Source: the human T2T-CHM13v2.0 reference genome, Homo sapiens
Assembly (NCBI RefSeq): GCF_009914755.1
Contig: NC_060926.1
Length of the DNA: 64,000 bases
Direction: 5' to 3' (one strand)
Shown here: positions 28,031 to 43,075 of the stretch, piece by piece
Layout of the letters: each line of letters begins with the position of its first letter
Position numbering within the stretch: the stretch's first letter is position 1
Program-made: the position numbers and the translations under genes
Notes under the pieces: model-generated
What the model was told of the DNA's origin: nothing
The model's database searches: none
What the model saw: only the letters and a program-made list of their open reading frames with translations

Positions 28031-30011
28031 TTTCCAGCTGCAGACACCATGGGCTCCTTCATTGGAAGTGACAAACCCACCCCAGGCCAATGAGCAATTC
28101 AGACAATTTATTGGCTCCTAAGACTGAAAAGTCTTGCAGTAAAATTTAAATGTGTCTCTCTCCCTTGCTGCAGCAGGCTCCCATCACCAGGGAAGCACAG
28201 CATCTCCCAGCCACACCTTACCAGCTTGCTGACCAAACAGAAGAACAAAGACCCTCCTGGTAGTTCTAAGGGAAAGGTTCCAGGGAAGATCCTGGCTTGC
28301 CAGACTCACCCCCTCCCCCGAAGTGGGGGTGTTCTGGAGTGGGGGCATCGGCCTCGCCTGGCAGGGAAGGGGACTTCTGGGGGATGCTGTGCTGCTCCTC
28401 TCTGTCCTCCTCTGCCTTGGCACTAGGAGCAAGAACAGATGGAGGAAGCTGAAGGCAGTTAGTGCATGGCATAGGACTATCTGCAGGTTCTGTTTTCTTT
28501 GGGTGGCTGGGTCCGTGAAGGCAGGCCCACATCTTTGCGGAGGAGGTGAGAGAACACTTGTCAGAGGGTATCTGATGAATGCAGAAAGACAAGTGTAGGA
28601 GTTTGTGGTATTTTGATTGATGACAGCAGATTCATATCAGTGTCAAAAATGTATTAGGAAGATACAAAACACCAACATTTCTTAATAATGAAAATAAATT
28701 AGGCTCAACTAAAATAGTTGCTGTTGTTTTTCCAATGCAGGGCCAAATCATGCAAGCCAAAGGCTCTTAGAATTCTCAGAAAAAAAGAAGAACGAATCTG
28801 TTAGAAAAGCAATTTGCAAAACACTCATTAGTCCAAAAGCTTCCCTGAGAATTCTCCTTCCAGACCTTTAATGGTCCATGAAACTTGAATTCAATAAAAA
28901 ATGATTTAACCATCAAGCGGGTGAACTGGGTAGACTTCTTTGCTCTCTCATTATGGAGTTTATTTTTTGGAGGCTGTCTGTGTAAATACTATTTGTTTTG
29001 CTGAAGTTCAAAGAAGCTTTGCGTGAAAGTGGTGTTTTGCTTCATTGGAAGAGCTAGTGCTGGTTCATCTGCTATCTGTGTCACCCCCTCCCCTGTCCCC
29101 ACCTCCCCCTGGCTGCTCTTGCGTCCTCCTCCAGCCCCAGTGGAGTCCCAGCCACCTCAAACCCAAGAGCTGTGACTTACTGGATGTGCACAGTGAGTCA
29201 GCTAGTCTGGGGAATTTTGAGAGCTCGTACATTAGATTCTTGCTTTCCAATCCATTAATTTTGTTGTTCTAGGCCTGTTGGGAGCCCTGTTGCTGCTTGT
29301 AAGAATAACAGATCACTGCTGATACTTTCGGCGTCTGTTACCCACGGCGGCTGTTTTGTAGACACTCTGTCTCTGCAGCATCGCTGGCCTTTTGTGTGCT
29401 TGTGCATGGTGGTCACAGCTTTACAGCCAACTCTGTGGGCATCCTCCTTAAGGACAGGGCATATTCTGCTTCTGCATGGGCTGGAGGGCTTTGAGCCCCA
29501 CTCTCCTCTTCTCATAGGAATACTCAGCCTATCTTCTGCGATGAAAGAACATTGAAAATGCTTCCTGAACATTTTACAAAGACTTTGAGGAATCTTCCCA
29601 GGACATAGTGATTTGGAATTTTCTTCTATTTGGTTTGCATCCCTTGCCATCACCCAGGAGAGGCACATCCATGAACCCAGCCCTGGGCAGCGGCTTGCTT
29701 CTGCTGGAAGGACTTGGGATTCTTGATGGCGGCCACTGCGGAACAGCCTGGTGTGGGTGGGGTCTGCAACAGGCTGCTCAGGGCAGGGGAGGTGGACACA
29801 TGATGGATATGGATGGGGATGGTGTCTGCTGTCACACACAGGGTCCAGGTGTGTGGCCCAGACTTTGAGGCTAGCAACCATCTTGTTCATTTAGGGTGAC
29901 TTTTCTTCCCTTCCTGCTCTGATGTGTCTTTTCTGGCAAGTGTTCTCCCAGATGACTTGCCAGTGCACTCATAGTTGGGAATCCAGGTGATACAGTAGAG
30001 AAAATGAGGGC

Positions 30012-30200
30012 TTTGGGACTCAGCCCTGCTACTTACCAGCTGGGTGACGTTGGGGAAGTTACTTAACCCCTCTGAGCCTCCATTTTCTCCATTTAAAATG
30101 GGGATAGGAAGACCTGCCTCTGGTTTGTTGTAAAGACTCAATTAACTGAGATGAAATATGAAAGCTCTTGGCGGAAGGCCTGGCGTATAATGAGTTTGCC
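30012..30200 (+). mobile_element. MIR SINE
   Basis: MIR core: ctacttaccagctgggtgacgttggggaagttacttaacccctctgagcctccattttctccatttaaaatggggata. Confidence 0.85.
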
Positions 30201-30229
30201 AATCTGTAAGCTGCTGTCTTTCAAAACCA

Positions 30230-31634
<1,405 letters not shown>

Positions 31635-34060
31635 AGGAGTGGTCTCATGAAATGGATTTTCAAATAGGAGATTTTGGAATTGGTTTGGTGGTAACCTTAC
31701 CCTTAAATGTAGTGCTGAGCTCTTGGCCCATTGCAGTGGGATACTAGCACCTCCTGACATGCAGTGGCAAGAAAACTACCTTGAATTATCGCTTGTGCTG
31801 ATCTGATGAAGTGCCTATGAAGCCAGTGCCCTGTGTGTTGGGGGTCACAAGGCTGCTGCCCTTGACTACTTCGGCATAATAATGACTGCAAGGACTGGTT
31901 GAGGGAGGCTACTTTTAAGTGCACAGGTGCACGCACAGAAAGAAAACAAGTTTAGGACTCTAAACTCCCTGCTCATATTAGGGCCAGAAAACTGGAGTGC
32001 TGTTATGGCAGCCTTAAAATAATATCGAATTTCTCATTTCTTTAGGATCAATCTTGCTGGAAGACTGGACTCAGATAAAGTTGAGAATTTTAAACCTCTG
32101 AGTCCCTGTACCTCCCTTGCTGGCTTAAGATTAGCTTTCCCTTGCATGAAGACCTGGAAGAATCTCTTCTGAGCCAGTTACCATCCAAGGGGGAAGCCTC
32201 ATTCCCTTCAAGTAGTACAACAATGTCCAGTTATTGCCTCAGAGGTAGTCTACACTGTAGTAGGCAGACTAACGCCCCTGAAGATATCTACATCCTAAAC
32301 TCTGTAATCTATGAATATGTTACTTGGCGTGACAAGAAGAACCTTGGGAATGTGATTACGATAAGGACCTTGAGATGGAGCGATGATCTTGGATTTTCTG
32401 AATGGGCCCAATGTAGTCACACGGGTCCTTAAAAGTGGGGAAAAAAAACGGTAGAAGAGGGTCAGAGAGAGATGTGACTATGGAAGAGTGATCAGAGAGG
32501 TGCACGCTGCTGGCTTTGAGGATGGAGGGAGGGGCCCCAGCCAAGGATTGCAGGCAGCTTCTAGAAGCTGTAAAGGGCAAGGAAACAGTTTCTCCCCCAG
32601 AGGCCCCATAAAGGAAAGCAGCCCTGCTGACACCTTGATTTTAGCTCAGGGAGAACCGTGTTGAATTCCTGACTCACTAAACTTTAAGGTAACAAATATG
32701 TGTGGGTTTAAGCTACCAAGTTTGTGCTAATTTGTTATGGTAGCAATAGAAAACTAATACATATACCTGTAACCGAAGTCAGGGTTCAGCGTAAGGGGAA
32801 CAGCCACAAAGTCTGACCAAGCAGGAGATGGCTTGTCTTTCAAAGTAATTGCACAACTTGGCTAATTTATACCAGTAGAAACCTAGGAATATATAGACAT
32901 GGCTTCTAAAGATGTTAGACAGAGGAGGATGACATTTAATGGTAGATTGGGAGGAATTTATTGATATGAGTACACTTATTAGAGATTTTAAGTTTGATGT
33001 GTTAGCTTGCGCACATGGAAGTGGATCTTATAGCTTGCTTGATTCGTTGAATAAAGCCAAAACCTGTACAGAGTGTTGCATATTTAAATGAGGTTGGGAT
33101 GCCTGCACTGTCCTGGGAGGAGGCAGAGAAGCAATCCAAAGGCTTAGAGAGGCTGGGATGTTGAAGTGGGCTTATTATGAGCTCTTGGCAATACCTCCTG
33201 CCTTCCCCTACAGCTCCTAAAGGGGCCCAGTGGACAATCCCTGCATGAAGACTTTGGGAAATGCTTCATTTGCCTTAGAAATCTCTGTGGTGGCTGCCTC
33301 TGGAGACTGGGATGACAGAGAAACATGCCACTTGGACAAATTCCCTGATTTCAGTGGGGGAGGACGGGGTCCCAGGGTGGCAGGAGACATGTGGCGAGGC
33401 TGCACTGCAGAGCCCAGTTGAGCACATTTATCATAACGGGCAGCAGGGACAAGCCGGAAACTCGAATGTTTTGGCCTGCAGTTATCTTTAGCAGTGATGT
33501 TGTCCCTAGGAAAGCAATAGACAGGCAGCTTACTGAAATATTGCTTGACCTACATAGCAGGAAATCTCTAGGTCTGTTGTCCAGAAATGTGACTTGAGTC
33601 ACCAAAATGCAGAGTTACTGCTTTCCCCTCACTTTTCAGACCTATGTTTCTTCACAGGCCCTTGATTGAAGGGGAGGTTGGGTCCTCTGGAGGAAGGGGA
33701 AGGTCCTCCCAGCAGAGCCACAAATACATCTTATATCTTCCCCTAAGCTGTCCCAAAGAGCCCTGTGTCCGTCCACTAGGGTGACGGTGCAGAGATGAGT
33801 GGAAGTGCCCAGACCTCTTGGAGATTACTTGGTGCTGGCTCCTTATGGATGCTAATTCCTGGGAACCCCAAAAAACTGTGGTCCAGTAGGAAGGCTCATG
33901 GACTCACCCTGTGGTTATTTCCTCAGTTCCTGGATGTTTTATTTAAATGGACATTTGCAGCAATGACCAGAATTTCCACATTGGCCCTAGGCCCATGGAG
34001 TGAGGGTTATGATGGCAGGAAGGGCTGAGTGGAATCCTTGGGACATACTTTCTCTACCTG
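31635..34060 (+). mobile_element. Decayed ERVL (class III ERV) internal region: gag and protease remnants
   Basis: gag-like gaatttattgatatgag...caatccaaaggcttagagaggctgggatgttgaagtgg, and gag-end ccttgattgaaggggagg at about 33660. ORF 33795 gives WRLLGAGSLWMLIPGNPK, against ERVL protease LLDTGSELTLIPGDPK. Many stops. Confidence 0.82.
32256..32761 (+). mobile_element. MLT1D-like MaLR solo LTR inserted into ERVL gag
   Basis: Starts tgtagtaggcagactaa and ends agcaatagaaaactaataca. TSD tacac (32251-32255) / tatac (32762-32766). Confidence 0.9.
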
Positions 34061-34289
34061 GACATAAGCTGAAAACAATACCAACCCTCAGCCCTGGGGA
34101 GTCACTAGCCTCATGGACCGGGCACCAGAAGAAGTGCCATGTATCCATGTGCCCACTGGGGGATGTAGCTGGATGCTTCCACCCTGGCTGGACTTTCCAG
34201 GCACGGATTCTCAAGGCAGAGCTGGCATGGGCAGCCCTAGGTTTGAGGGCAAAGCCTCGGTTTCTCCATTAAGAAGGCAGAGAGCCTGG

Positions 34290-34520
34290 TAGGTAAGAGA
34301 TTCCTGGAGTCAGGCTGATTAGGTTCACATTTTGGCTCCTCCACTTACTTGGTAACTGTGTGAAGTTGGGCAAGTTACTTAACCTCTCTGTGTCTCAGTT
34401 TCTATCTTTCCCAAGAGGTGTTGTTATATTTATTATTGGCTTCTTGTGAGAGTTAAATGATGTCATGGATATAGACTGCTTGGTACATAGTAAGCACTCA
34501 AAAATGAAAGATATTATGGT
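34290..34520 (+). mobile_element. MIR SINE
   Basis: ttgggcaagttacttaacctctctgtgtctcagtttc...tggtacatagtaagcactcaaaaatg. Confidence 0.85.
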
Positions 34521-37500
34521 GACTATTATGTCAATTATTTGGAAGAAGAGAAGTCCAGCAAGTGAAGGCTAAAGCAGATATGTATGAATGAAGGTGAGAG
34601 GCGAGGCGTTTATGTGCAAGGCCTAGCCAGTTATGCATTCTTCCCAACACAAACAAGTCACAAACAAGTAAAGAGCAGATAAGCCCACTCTATTGGTTAA
34701 AACGTTACACTGCGTCAGCCCCATATTCATGCTGCGGGGTGAGTGGGCAGAACAGAGGGAGGTTTCCTGCAGGGTCTGAGAAACCACTGCAGGTCACTAA
34801 ACACGCAGTGATGGGGGAAAGCCACGAGGCAGCAGGGATTCCTGTTGAATCCATTAAATCCCATTCCCCTCTCAATGTCCTCCTCTCAGATGCAAGCCTG
34901 TCTGGTGCTGACGCTGTCATCTGTATGCCCCTACTGATCCTGATGCTTCCCACCAAGTGTAAAAGTAAATACAGGGGATGATGTAGTGCTTGTTTGAAGG
35001 AGAGCACCTAACATTTACTCAGTGCCTGTTATGTACCAAACACTGTAGGAGGGCCTTTGCCTTTTACTGCTTCTCACATCCACCCTGTGAAGGTGGAACT
35101 GTCCATTTCACAATGAAAAAGAAAGCTGACCGCAACACCTGTAGGCTGCAGCGTCCATGGGCAACATTTATTGAGTGTTGCGATGAGCCAATCACGGTGC
35201 AAAGCATTTCACACACATCAGGGCATTCAATCCCTGCAGTGGGCCTCTGAGAATGTGGCATCTTCATTATTTCCATTTGGCAGGTGAGAGAACTGTGGTG
35301 CAGGGAGGTTATGTGGATGGGACTGTAAGTGCTACAGCTGGGACTTTAAACCTAGGGTAGTCTGATTCTAAAATCTATGCTCTCCCACATTCATTTATTT
35401 TAGCTAAGAGAGGAGAGTTCAAGTTACTTCTACCCATGCTGAGAAGTGGGGCTGGGCTGTGGTGGGAGATGGGAAGATGGAGAGAAAGGCATGAATGGAG
35501 GACCTGTTGCCGTTCAAAAGAGGGGAAAAGAGAGAATTTATATTCTCCTTAAAACACAAGCTCATTTGAAATAAACAGAAAAGAACGAGAACTACTGTGT
35601 GTCTGGCCCTTGCAAGGTGCTAGTGGTAAGAAGCTGACAGAGCCTCCTCAGTTCCAGCCCCCAAAGCCTCCTTGACTGCCTTTTCAGGGTGATGGATGCT
35701 TCAGCGTCTTCCCTTGCCCATGCTGCTCTTCTCATAACAACAGTGCCGCCCAGGCTCCCCGCTAAGCACCGACACACAGTAGCTTCTTTCATCCTCTCCA
35801 CCAGCTCCCACGTTACTATTATTATCCCTTTTCTCTGTGAGGTTATGGCAACATCAGTAACTATCTGAGGTCTATGAGCTGGGAGGCTGATGCTGACTTC
35901 CATACCTCTTGGCCTTTAAAGCAAGTTCTCTTCCCACTCTACACAGCTGGACCCTGTATGGGATAATTTGAGGGGCTTCCTCCAAAATGCCCTCTGCCTC
36001 CAATTAATTGGTCCTGATATTCTTCCACTAGGATTGACAGGAGCCTGTTATGATTGTGCACTGTGAGTGCTCTGATGGCAGAAGCTATCTGTGTCATTCA
36101 CCAAGAGGTCCCCAGCCCAGTGCCAGCACAGAGAGAGCTTTCAATAAAGGTGTAACTGAGAGAAAACATTACCCCAGCTCATATCCTTGCACCCAGGAAG
36201 AGTCAAAGCAAGGCATGTGTACCTCCTTAATGTGGATTTAGGAGGGACAGGAGAGATGGGGCCTGGTTCTGACTGTGCACAAATCAGACATGACAAAGGA
36301 TGGTCATGCCTTGTAATTAGTTACAAAACAATTCCACTATGACCCAGTCCCACACTATGCTCTGGAGTCCAGACCACTTCTGTGGTCCAGAAACCCCCAC
36401 ATGGCATCCAGAAAGCTTTCTCTTGTTCTTTCACAGAAACGTTTGAGTTGCCAACCTATTGATGACTTTTGCATGTCACCTCTCATGACGTGACCTCCAA
36501 GAACATGTTGTCCTCACCGCCACCAGGCCCAACTTATTCCATTACAATTTCAATTACGAAGCTCATTTTCCCCCATTGGCCTGAAAGAGTCAAATGAAGT
36601 TCTGTCTGGGTGCCTTTTTTTTAACTGGCCGTGGGGTTATCTCATTTATTCTCTTCCTTAACACACAAATGGCCTCTAAAAAGAGGAGTTTAATTTTGCA
36701 GCCCACTGATCCATCATGGGCATAGGCACTCGGGTGGCTGCAGCATGCTGTCTCCTGTCACTGCTGTCAGGAGACCAGGGCTGGCTTTTGGTTTCTGGGA
36801 CAGGGGATGGATGTATCACTTTAGGAGAAGATTCCCATTGCTGCTACCTTGAAAATAATGACCACCATTCCTAAGTGACTGCTGTTTTAACGCACATGAA
36901 TCTCTGCATTACTGTGTGGTGCACTAGAATGAGGGCTGGACTTAGTGGAGGGAGACCCTCGAGAGGGCTCTGCCGCTGGCCAGTCTTGTGACATTGGGCC
37001 TCAGTGTTCTGACTTGTAAAATGAAGGAATTGATGGGATGATACCTAAGATGCCTTTCCTTCCAAATGGGCTTCAATCTAATTTTCTATATGTCAGGACT
37101 TCTTCTAGGCATGAAGATGATGAGTAAGATACAGTCTCTTTTTCAAAGATGATTATAGATGGAGGATACACATAAATATTATAAAAGTCAATCCACAAAC
37201 AGTGTAATAAGGTAGGTGATGTAAGAGAGTGATATGTTGTGTGTTTTGAGGATACACCTAAAGGGACAATTGCTTCTGTCTGGCAGGACTGTGTGTGTGG
37301 GATAAGACGGGGGTAGGTGAGGGGAAGTAGGGAGGCTACAGGAAAGTGGTAACAAGTAGGCTGGGCCTGCAGGTAGGGGTCAGAGCTTTCTGGACAGGTT
37401 GGGCTTTGGGAAGAGAGTGGAGAAGCTCCAGGAAAGGGAAGCAGGCCAGGCAGCCCAATACCATCCGCTGAATACCTAAGGAACCCATCAAGCCCAGCGT

Positions 37501-37626
37501 TGTGAATTTTGGGAACTTGAAATGACGCTTTGGTTGGAATTCATGGGAAAAGACAGAATTGAGACAACAGCAGAGGTCGTTTGTTATTAGAAATCCACTA
37601 CTCTAGGATCACACTAGTTACTATAC

Positions 37627-37845
37627 CAGGGGTTGGCAAACTTTTCCTTAAAGGGCCAGATAGTAAATATTTTATACTTTTCAGGGCTATATGGCTGCTA
37701 ATAGAACTATTGAACTCTGCTGCTGTGTTAAAGCAGTCATGGACAATACGTACAAGAATAGACAGAGTTGTGTCCCAGTAAAACTTTATTTACAAAAACA
37801 TGGTGGGCCAGGTTCAATCTGTGGGCTGTGGTTTGCTGACCCCTA
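37627..37845. mobile_element. MER58A (hAT-Charlie) DNA transposon
   Basis: TIRs caggggttggcaaac / gtttgctgacccct. Internal aagggccagatagtaaatattt and aaaactttatttacaaaaaca. Confidence 0.9.
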
Positions 37846-39721
37846 TTGCTGTGCCAACAGGTAGAGTTGAGATAGAATTTTAAAAATCCAATAGCTCTAT
37901 TGTTGGTGGTGCTGTGTTGTGGCACTTTTGCTTAAAACTGCACGTGGCATGGGTCTTCAAGTGGTGTGGCTGGCCTTCAGTGGGGACTTAGTGGTCCCTG
38001 CATAAGACTTTGACAGGAGGAAGCTGTCTTGTGGGGGGCCCTGCTCCCAACAGATCTTGATTATGCAGTTAGCAAAATGTCCTGACTTTCCTTAGAGTGC
38101 TCCCCTTCCCACTTCACACCTCTGCAGCCCACAGGTACGGGCTGCTGCTTCTGTGGTCTTGTCTCCAGGCTGGCACCATCCCTCCTGGATCCCAGAGGCC
38201 AAATCCCTGCTGCATGCTGTGCACTGCAACAGGGATTCTCTGATAAATAAGGCTTGGCCTTGGCTTATGACACTCCTGGGGCCATGGTCTTCTCCCGTGG
38301 GTGGAAGAAAGAGCTGTAGGAGTTAGGAGACCTAAACTGAAGGGCCAACTTGGTGACTGATTGGCTGTGGTACCTTCACCAAATTGCTCTTCCTTCCTGA
38401 GTCCCTCATCTGAAGAAGTTGGCTTTGGGATGTCCAGGTTCCCCTTAGCTTGCACATGATGACTGTGATGCGCGACTAATGATGGGTGTAAAACCTCAAT
38501 GGACTGTTACCATTTTTCCTAGGGAAAATAGAATATTGGAGTATTGGAGTATTGATGCTTCAACCATAGACTGTAAGAGGGTCTTGTTGGGCCTCAGACC
38601 CCAGTTTATGGCCAACCATCTGCTCCACTCACAGATAAGGAGACCCTTACCTCTCAGCCGTCAGTTTGTCTGGTTTGGGATTCTGTCCTGGATGGGGTTC
38701 TGAGAGGAGCCTATGGGACCTACTCCACCTGCCTGTAGGGAGGTGTCTGCATGTTCATTTCTCCCTCCAGACTACAAGCTCCTTGGGCAGGAATGAGACC
38801 TGGTTTATTAATGTCAGCTCCACAGGTCACACAGTACTTGGCACATTGGATGCGATCAGTAAAGATTTGTTAAATTGAAAGCTACATAGCAGTTTTTCAT
38901 ATTTGTGTGAAAGACTTAGAGGAGATCCCAAAGTAAGAAAGCCTACTGTTGGCAGGGGAAATTATTTAATTGCAAACAATGAACATTTATTTATGAGTAC
39001 TTACTCTGTGTTGAGGCCTAAAATGACATGCATGATTTCTATTTTATGAAGGAATAACTACATCAAATCAATAGGCCAAACCAACTGCTTTTTATTGAGG
39101 AAATATATTGATTGCTTGTGACAGGTACTATGCTCTTCTGTACATTTACATTCTGATGTAATTTTCACTATAGCATTAGGCAGTTTATATTATTATCTCC
39201 ATTTCATGGATGAATAAACTGAGCCTCAAATAGATGTAAACCCTTGCCTCAGCTACGTAGGTAGTAAGTGGCACTGTCTGACTCCAAAGCCTGTACTCTT
39301 TACAGTGTCAAATTTAGCTTGGAGCTTCCTGGAAATCAGGGCAAAAACCCAGATGGGTTACAGAGTTTTTTTTATAACAATTTGTCCTGGAAGGATCTAT
39401 CTTTAGGCTTTTTACATCCAGCTTTTTGCTGTATGGATAGCAGCACCCTTTGCAGCACCGATAGCACTTCTGCTTGCGCCTTTGCTAATGTGGTTCAGAA
39501 ATACAATGTCTGGCAGTCTAGAGTGTCACAAAGGCCACACTCAGGATTCTTTGAGGAGGGAGAGGATTACATGACCCTTAGACCTTCTTTCTCAAACAAT
39601 TTATCCTAGACACACCTTTGATAGAACCTGGATGCCTGTGAGTACCAAACGGTACTTGCTAATGGTGCCCTAGGGTGTGGGTGCCCAGTGTGTCTAATTG
39701 AGGTACCAAGTGTACAGGTGG

Positions 39722-39890
39722 TCACCATCTTTCTTTTCAGTAGCCTCTGTGATCTTTGTCCTCAGTCAGTGCCCCCTTTCACCATCTTTCTTTTCAGTAG
39801 CCTCTGTGATCTTTGTCCTCAGTCAGTGCCCCCCTTCACCATCTTTCTTTTCAGTAGCCTCTGTGATCTTTGTCCTCAGTCAGTGGCCCC
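39722..39890. repeat. 57-bp-unit minisatellite, 3 near-identical copies
   Basis: Unit tcaccatctttcttttcagtagcctctgtgatctttgtcctcagtcagtgccccc(t/c)t starts at 39722, 39779 and 39836. Confidence 0.97.
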
Positions 39891-40689
39891 ACAAGTGGTG
39901 ACCACGATTAGAAGCAGCACCTTCAGAAAAGGACAATGATGAATGACAATTGAGGGTGCAGGAACTAGTAACCCATCTAATTAATCACGTTTGCTGAATG
40001 TTTAAGCTCTTCAAATCCTTTCCACATTGTCCATCTTATTTAATCCTGACAATATTCTCTTTAGCTTCCTGCAAAAGGCTCCTTGAGACAGGACCATCAG
40101 CTACGTTTTCCTTCACTTCTCCTGCTTCCTGCCCCAAGCGCCCTGTGCTCCAGCCATTTAGAGGCGTGGGCAGGCTCCAGCATGTGCCACGTTCTTTCAC
40201 ACTCATGTCATTGCTCATACTGACTTCTTTCTCTGTCTGGAGTTCGCTCCTCACCTCTGTCCACCAGGTAAATCCCTGTCACCCTTGGGATCTAGGCAGG
40301 GTGCTTCCTTCTCCTTCAATCTTCTTCTGCCATCCTTGGCAGGGCAGCCTGCTCCTTGTGCATCCTCCCCTACAGCTCACTGGCCTGATTCATCCATGTC
40401 ATCCTCTCCACTAGACTGTGAGCCCCTCAAGGGCAAGCAGCTTGTTTGGTTTATTGTTTGTTTCCCTAGTGCTGAGCACAGTGTCTGGAAATAGTATGTG
40501 TTTAATCAATATTTGTTGAGTCACTGAAACCTTGTGAAAGAGTTTTTGGAAGAGAGGAACAAGGACAAATAATTTGTTAAGTCATAACTCAGTGGCTGTT
40601 TCTCCCAGTGCCATCCTTTGAAATGGATTTGCTCTATCCACACGGCAAAGCTCTGGCATGAATGAGAGACCCTGGATGAAATGGGGACA

Positions 40690-40830
40690 ATGTGGTCTCC
40701 TGGGAGGAGAAGGGGGCCTGGAGAGAAGGTTGGGAATAGGAGGGAGACTTGCTTTTCACTAGGTGCCCTTTTCACATTTTGAATTTTGTACATGTTCCAT
40801 GCATTACTTATCCAAAAATGAAAATAAAAC
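40690..40830 (+). mobile_element. L1ME-type 3' end fragment
   Basis: ggagggagacttgcttttcactaggtgcccttttcacattttgaattttgtacatg..gcattactatccaaaaa. Confidence 0.6.
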
Positions 40831-41018
40831 AAGATAAAAATCACTACCTGAAGAGGAGGTTCAGTGTGATCGTTACTTGGCTTTTGGCCTTGAGTCAGAC
40901 CTATATTCATTTCCTGTTCCTTTCTAGCTATAGGAACTTTAGCAAATTTCTCAGCGTGCCTAAGCCTGAATTTTTTTGTCTTAACATAAATATAGTAAAC
41001 AGCACCCATTTAATAAGG

Positions 41019-41541
41019 TAAAACAAAAAGCAGCCCCTTGGTGTCCTCCTGTTTAACATAAACAACGTCAGAAAACATCAACATCAGACAAAGCCACTCT
41101 GACCACAATTAAGACATAAGCGAGATCACCTCATAATCATGCCTAACTACAAACAAAAGAAGGATATGATCCAAGCCAGGAAAATGACGAAGCACCCCTG
41201 TGCTGGCTGATGTAAGTGACTGCTGTGTGTTTACCAAGTACATCTTTAATCTCCTTCTGTTCATCCCACCTTCTAGGTAAGAATGATCAAGTTAATCAAT
41301 TAGAGAACTACCCCTGCTCTTCCTATAAGCATCCAATCCAGAGCCACGCCCTCCCTTCTTGGACCTTCCCTGAAATCTATCACAAGCCCAAATCCTATTT
41401 TAAATCCTCTCTAACATTCTCTTACTGAGAGGCCCCATAGCTCCCCATGGCCTATGTTCTCCCTGGTTGCAGTGAGTCAGTAAGTCCTCCTTTGTTCACT
41501 ACAGCGGTGTTCTTGGTAGTTTTGGATGCAAGGCATTGACA
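41019..41541 (+). mobile_element. MER89-like ERV1 solo LTR inserted into a MIR
   Basis: aaaagcagcccc..ttggtgtcctcctgtttaacataaacaa..aacatcaacatcagacaaagccactct, ending ggcattgaca. MIR sequence lies on both sides (~40880-41015 and ~41545-41630). Confidence 0.72.
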
Positions 41542-41813
41542 GGATATTGTAAAGATTAAATGAGGTAAAGCATATAAAGCACTTAGGACATGGTTGAGCG
41601 TGTGATAATCACTCAGCATTTGCTAGATTACCATCATCATTATACTTATTATAATTATCAACTCTCTCCCTCTTCTGCCCCTCCTTTTTGGAATTAACTA
41701 GGATCAGACATTAGCAAAAATGGGATTTGATCCCTGACTTCTTGAGTCTTATCTCTGAAATCTTTCAATTGCATCATGGAAGTTAATACTTCCACACAAA
41801 TAGAAAAATAAGA

Positions 41814-42388
41814 TGTATTAGGGTTCTACAGAGAACAGACCAATTGGATATATAGATAAGTAGATAGATACAGATACAGATTTCGAGAGGAGATTTATTA
41901 TGCACAAGTTATTATGGAGGCCAAGAAGTCCCACACTATGCCATCCGCAGGCTGGAGAGCCAGGAAAGCCAGCTGTGTAATTCAGTCCAAGCCAGAAAAC
42001 CTGAGAACCAGAAAGGCTGATGGTGTAACTCTCAGTCTGGGACTGAAGGCCTGAAAACTGGGAGTGGGAGATGCTGGTGTAAATCCCTGAGTCTGAAGGC
42101 CTGAAAACCAGGAGCTTTAATGTCTAAGGGCAGGAGAAGATGAATGACCCAGCTCAAGAAAAGTGACAGAATTTGTCCTTTGTCCAACCTTGTGTTTGAT
42201 CTGGGCCCTCAGTGGATTAGATGATGCCCAGTCACACGGGTGAGGGCCACCTCCTGTGCTCAGTCTACTGACTCAAATGCTAATCTCTTCTGGAAAGAGC
42301 CTCATAGCCGCATCCAGAAATAACGTTTTACCAGCTATCTGGGCACCCTGTAGCTCAGTCAAGTTGACACCTAAAATTAACCATCACA
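41814..42388 (-). mobile_element. MLT2B-like ERVL solo LTR
   Basis: Ends cagtcaagttgacacctaaaattaaccatcaca, the reverse complement of the MLT2 start. Begins tgtattagggttct. Confidence 0.92.
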
Positions 42389-42899
42389 GAATCCCAAGGA
42401 ATCTGAGCTAAGTGGTCATTGTTAATACTGGATAATGATACAATATCCTGGGGAGACTGGAAGTATATTTGGGGAATATTATGAACCTTTGTGGGTCGCT
42501 GCAGCTGAAACAATCCAAGTGAGTTCAAAGACTCAGGACAAATCAGCACAGCTGCTTAAAGGATTGGAACCCAGGCTTAGACAGGATACTTGTTCTACCC
42601 ATCAGAAATGGTCAGGGGTGACCTTCAGGGGATGGACTCATCCCCAGGCAGAAATGACTCATGCCAGGAAACCCTTCCTGGAGGCAGAGAATGGGGCATA
42701 ATACCAAAGAATTCTTTTCTAGATTTGCTTGGCTGCCATGAAAAATAGTTTTAGCTCCTGTACTTAACCTCCTTTTTCTCACTCTCATTTTGGACCTAGA
42801 AATAAGAAGACAGTTATTGTTTGTGTTCAGGAATAATTTGGACTTTTTAGCATGTGCAAATGCTAATGTGCTAAAGTGTGTGAAAAGGCGGGGGATACA

Positions 42900-43075
42900 A
42901 AATACTAATGCTGAATGATTAAAGCTAAGTAAAAGTTATATAGAGAAAAAAGACAGGAAGAACAACTCCAAAATGTAAATACTGGTTGCCTCTGTGTGGT
43001 GGGATGGTGGGTGATTGTCCTACTTTTTTGTATGTTCTAAAAATTCATGTATGGCTTTTATGATGGAAAAAATGA
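42900..43075 (+). mobile_element. L1ME-type 3' end fragment
   Basis: gaaaaaagacaggaagaacaactccaaaatgtaaatactggttgcctctgtgtggtgggatggtgggtgatt. Confidence 0.6.

Noticed and set aside
29255-29890. 211-aa minus-strand ORF, the longest in the window
   Set aside because: No recognisable domain or coding-like composition. An ORF of this length can occur by chance in 64 kb over six frames.
39722-39890. CRISPR-like array or repeat-protein ORF
   Set aside because: The units are contiguous with no unique spacers, there are no cas genes, and the context is primate DNA. The repeated peptide follows from the 57-bp period.
42040-42112. Direct repeat ctgaaggcctgaaaac
   Set aside because: It lies inside the MLT2B LTR, where such internal repeats appear to be part of the consensus.
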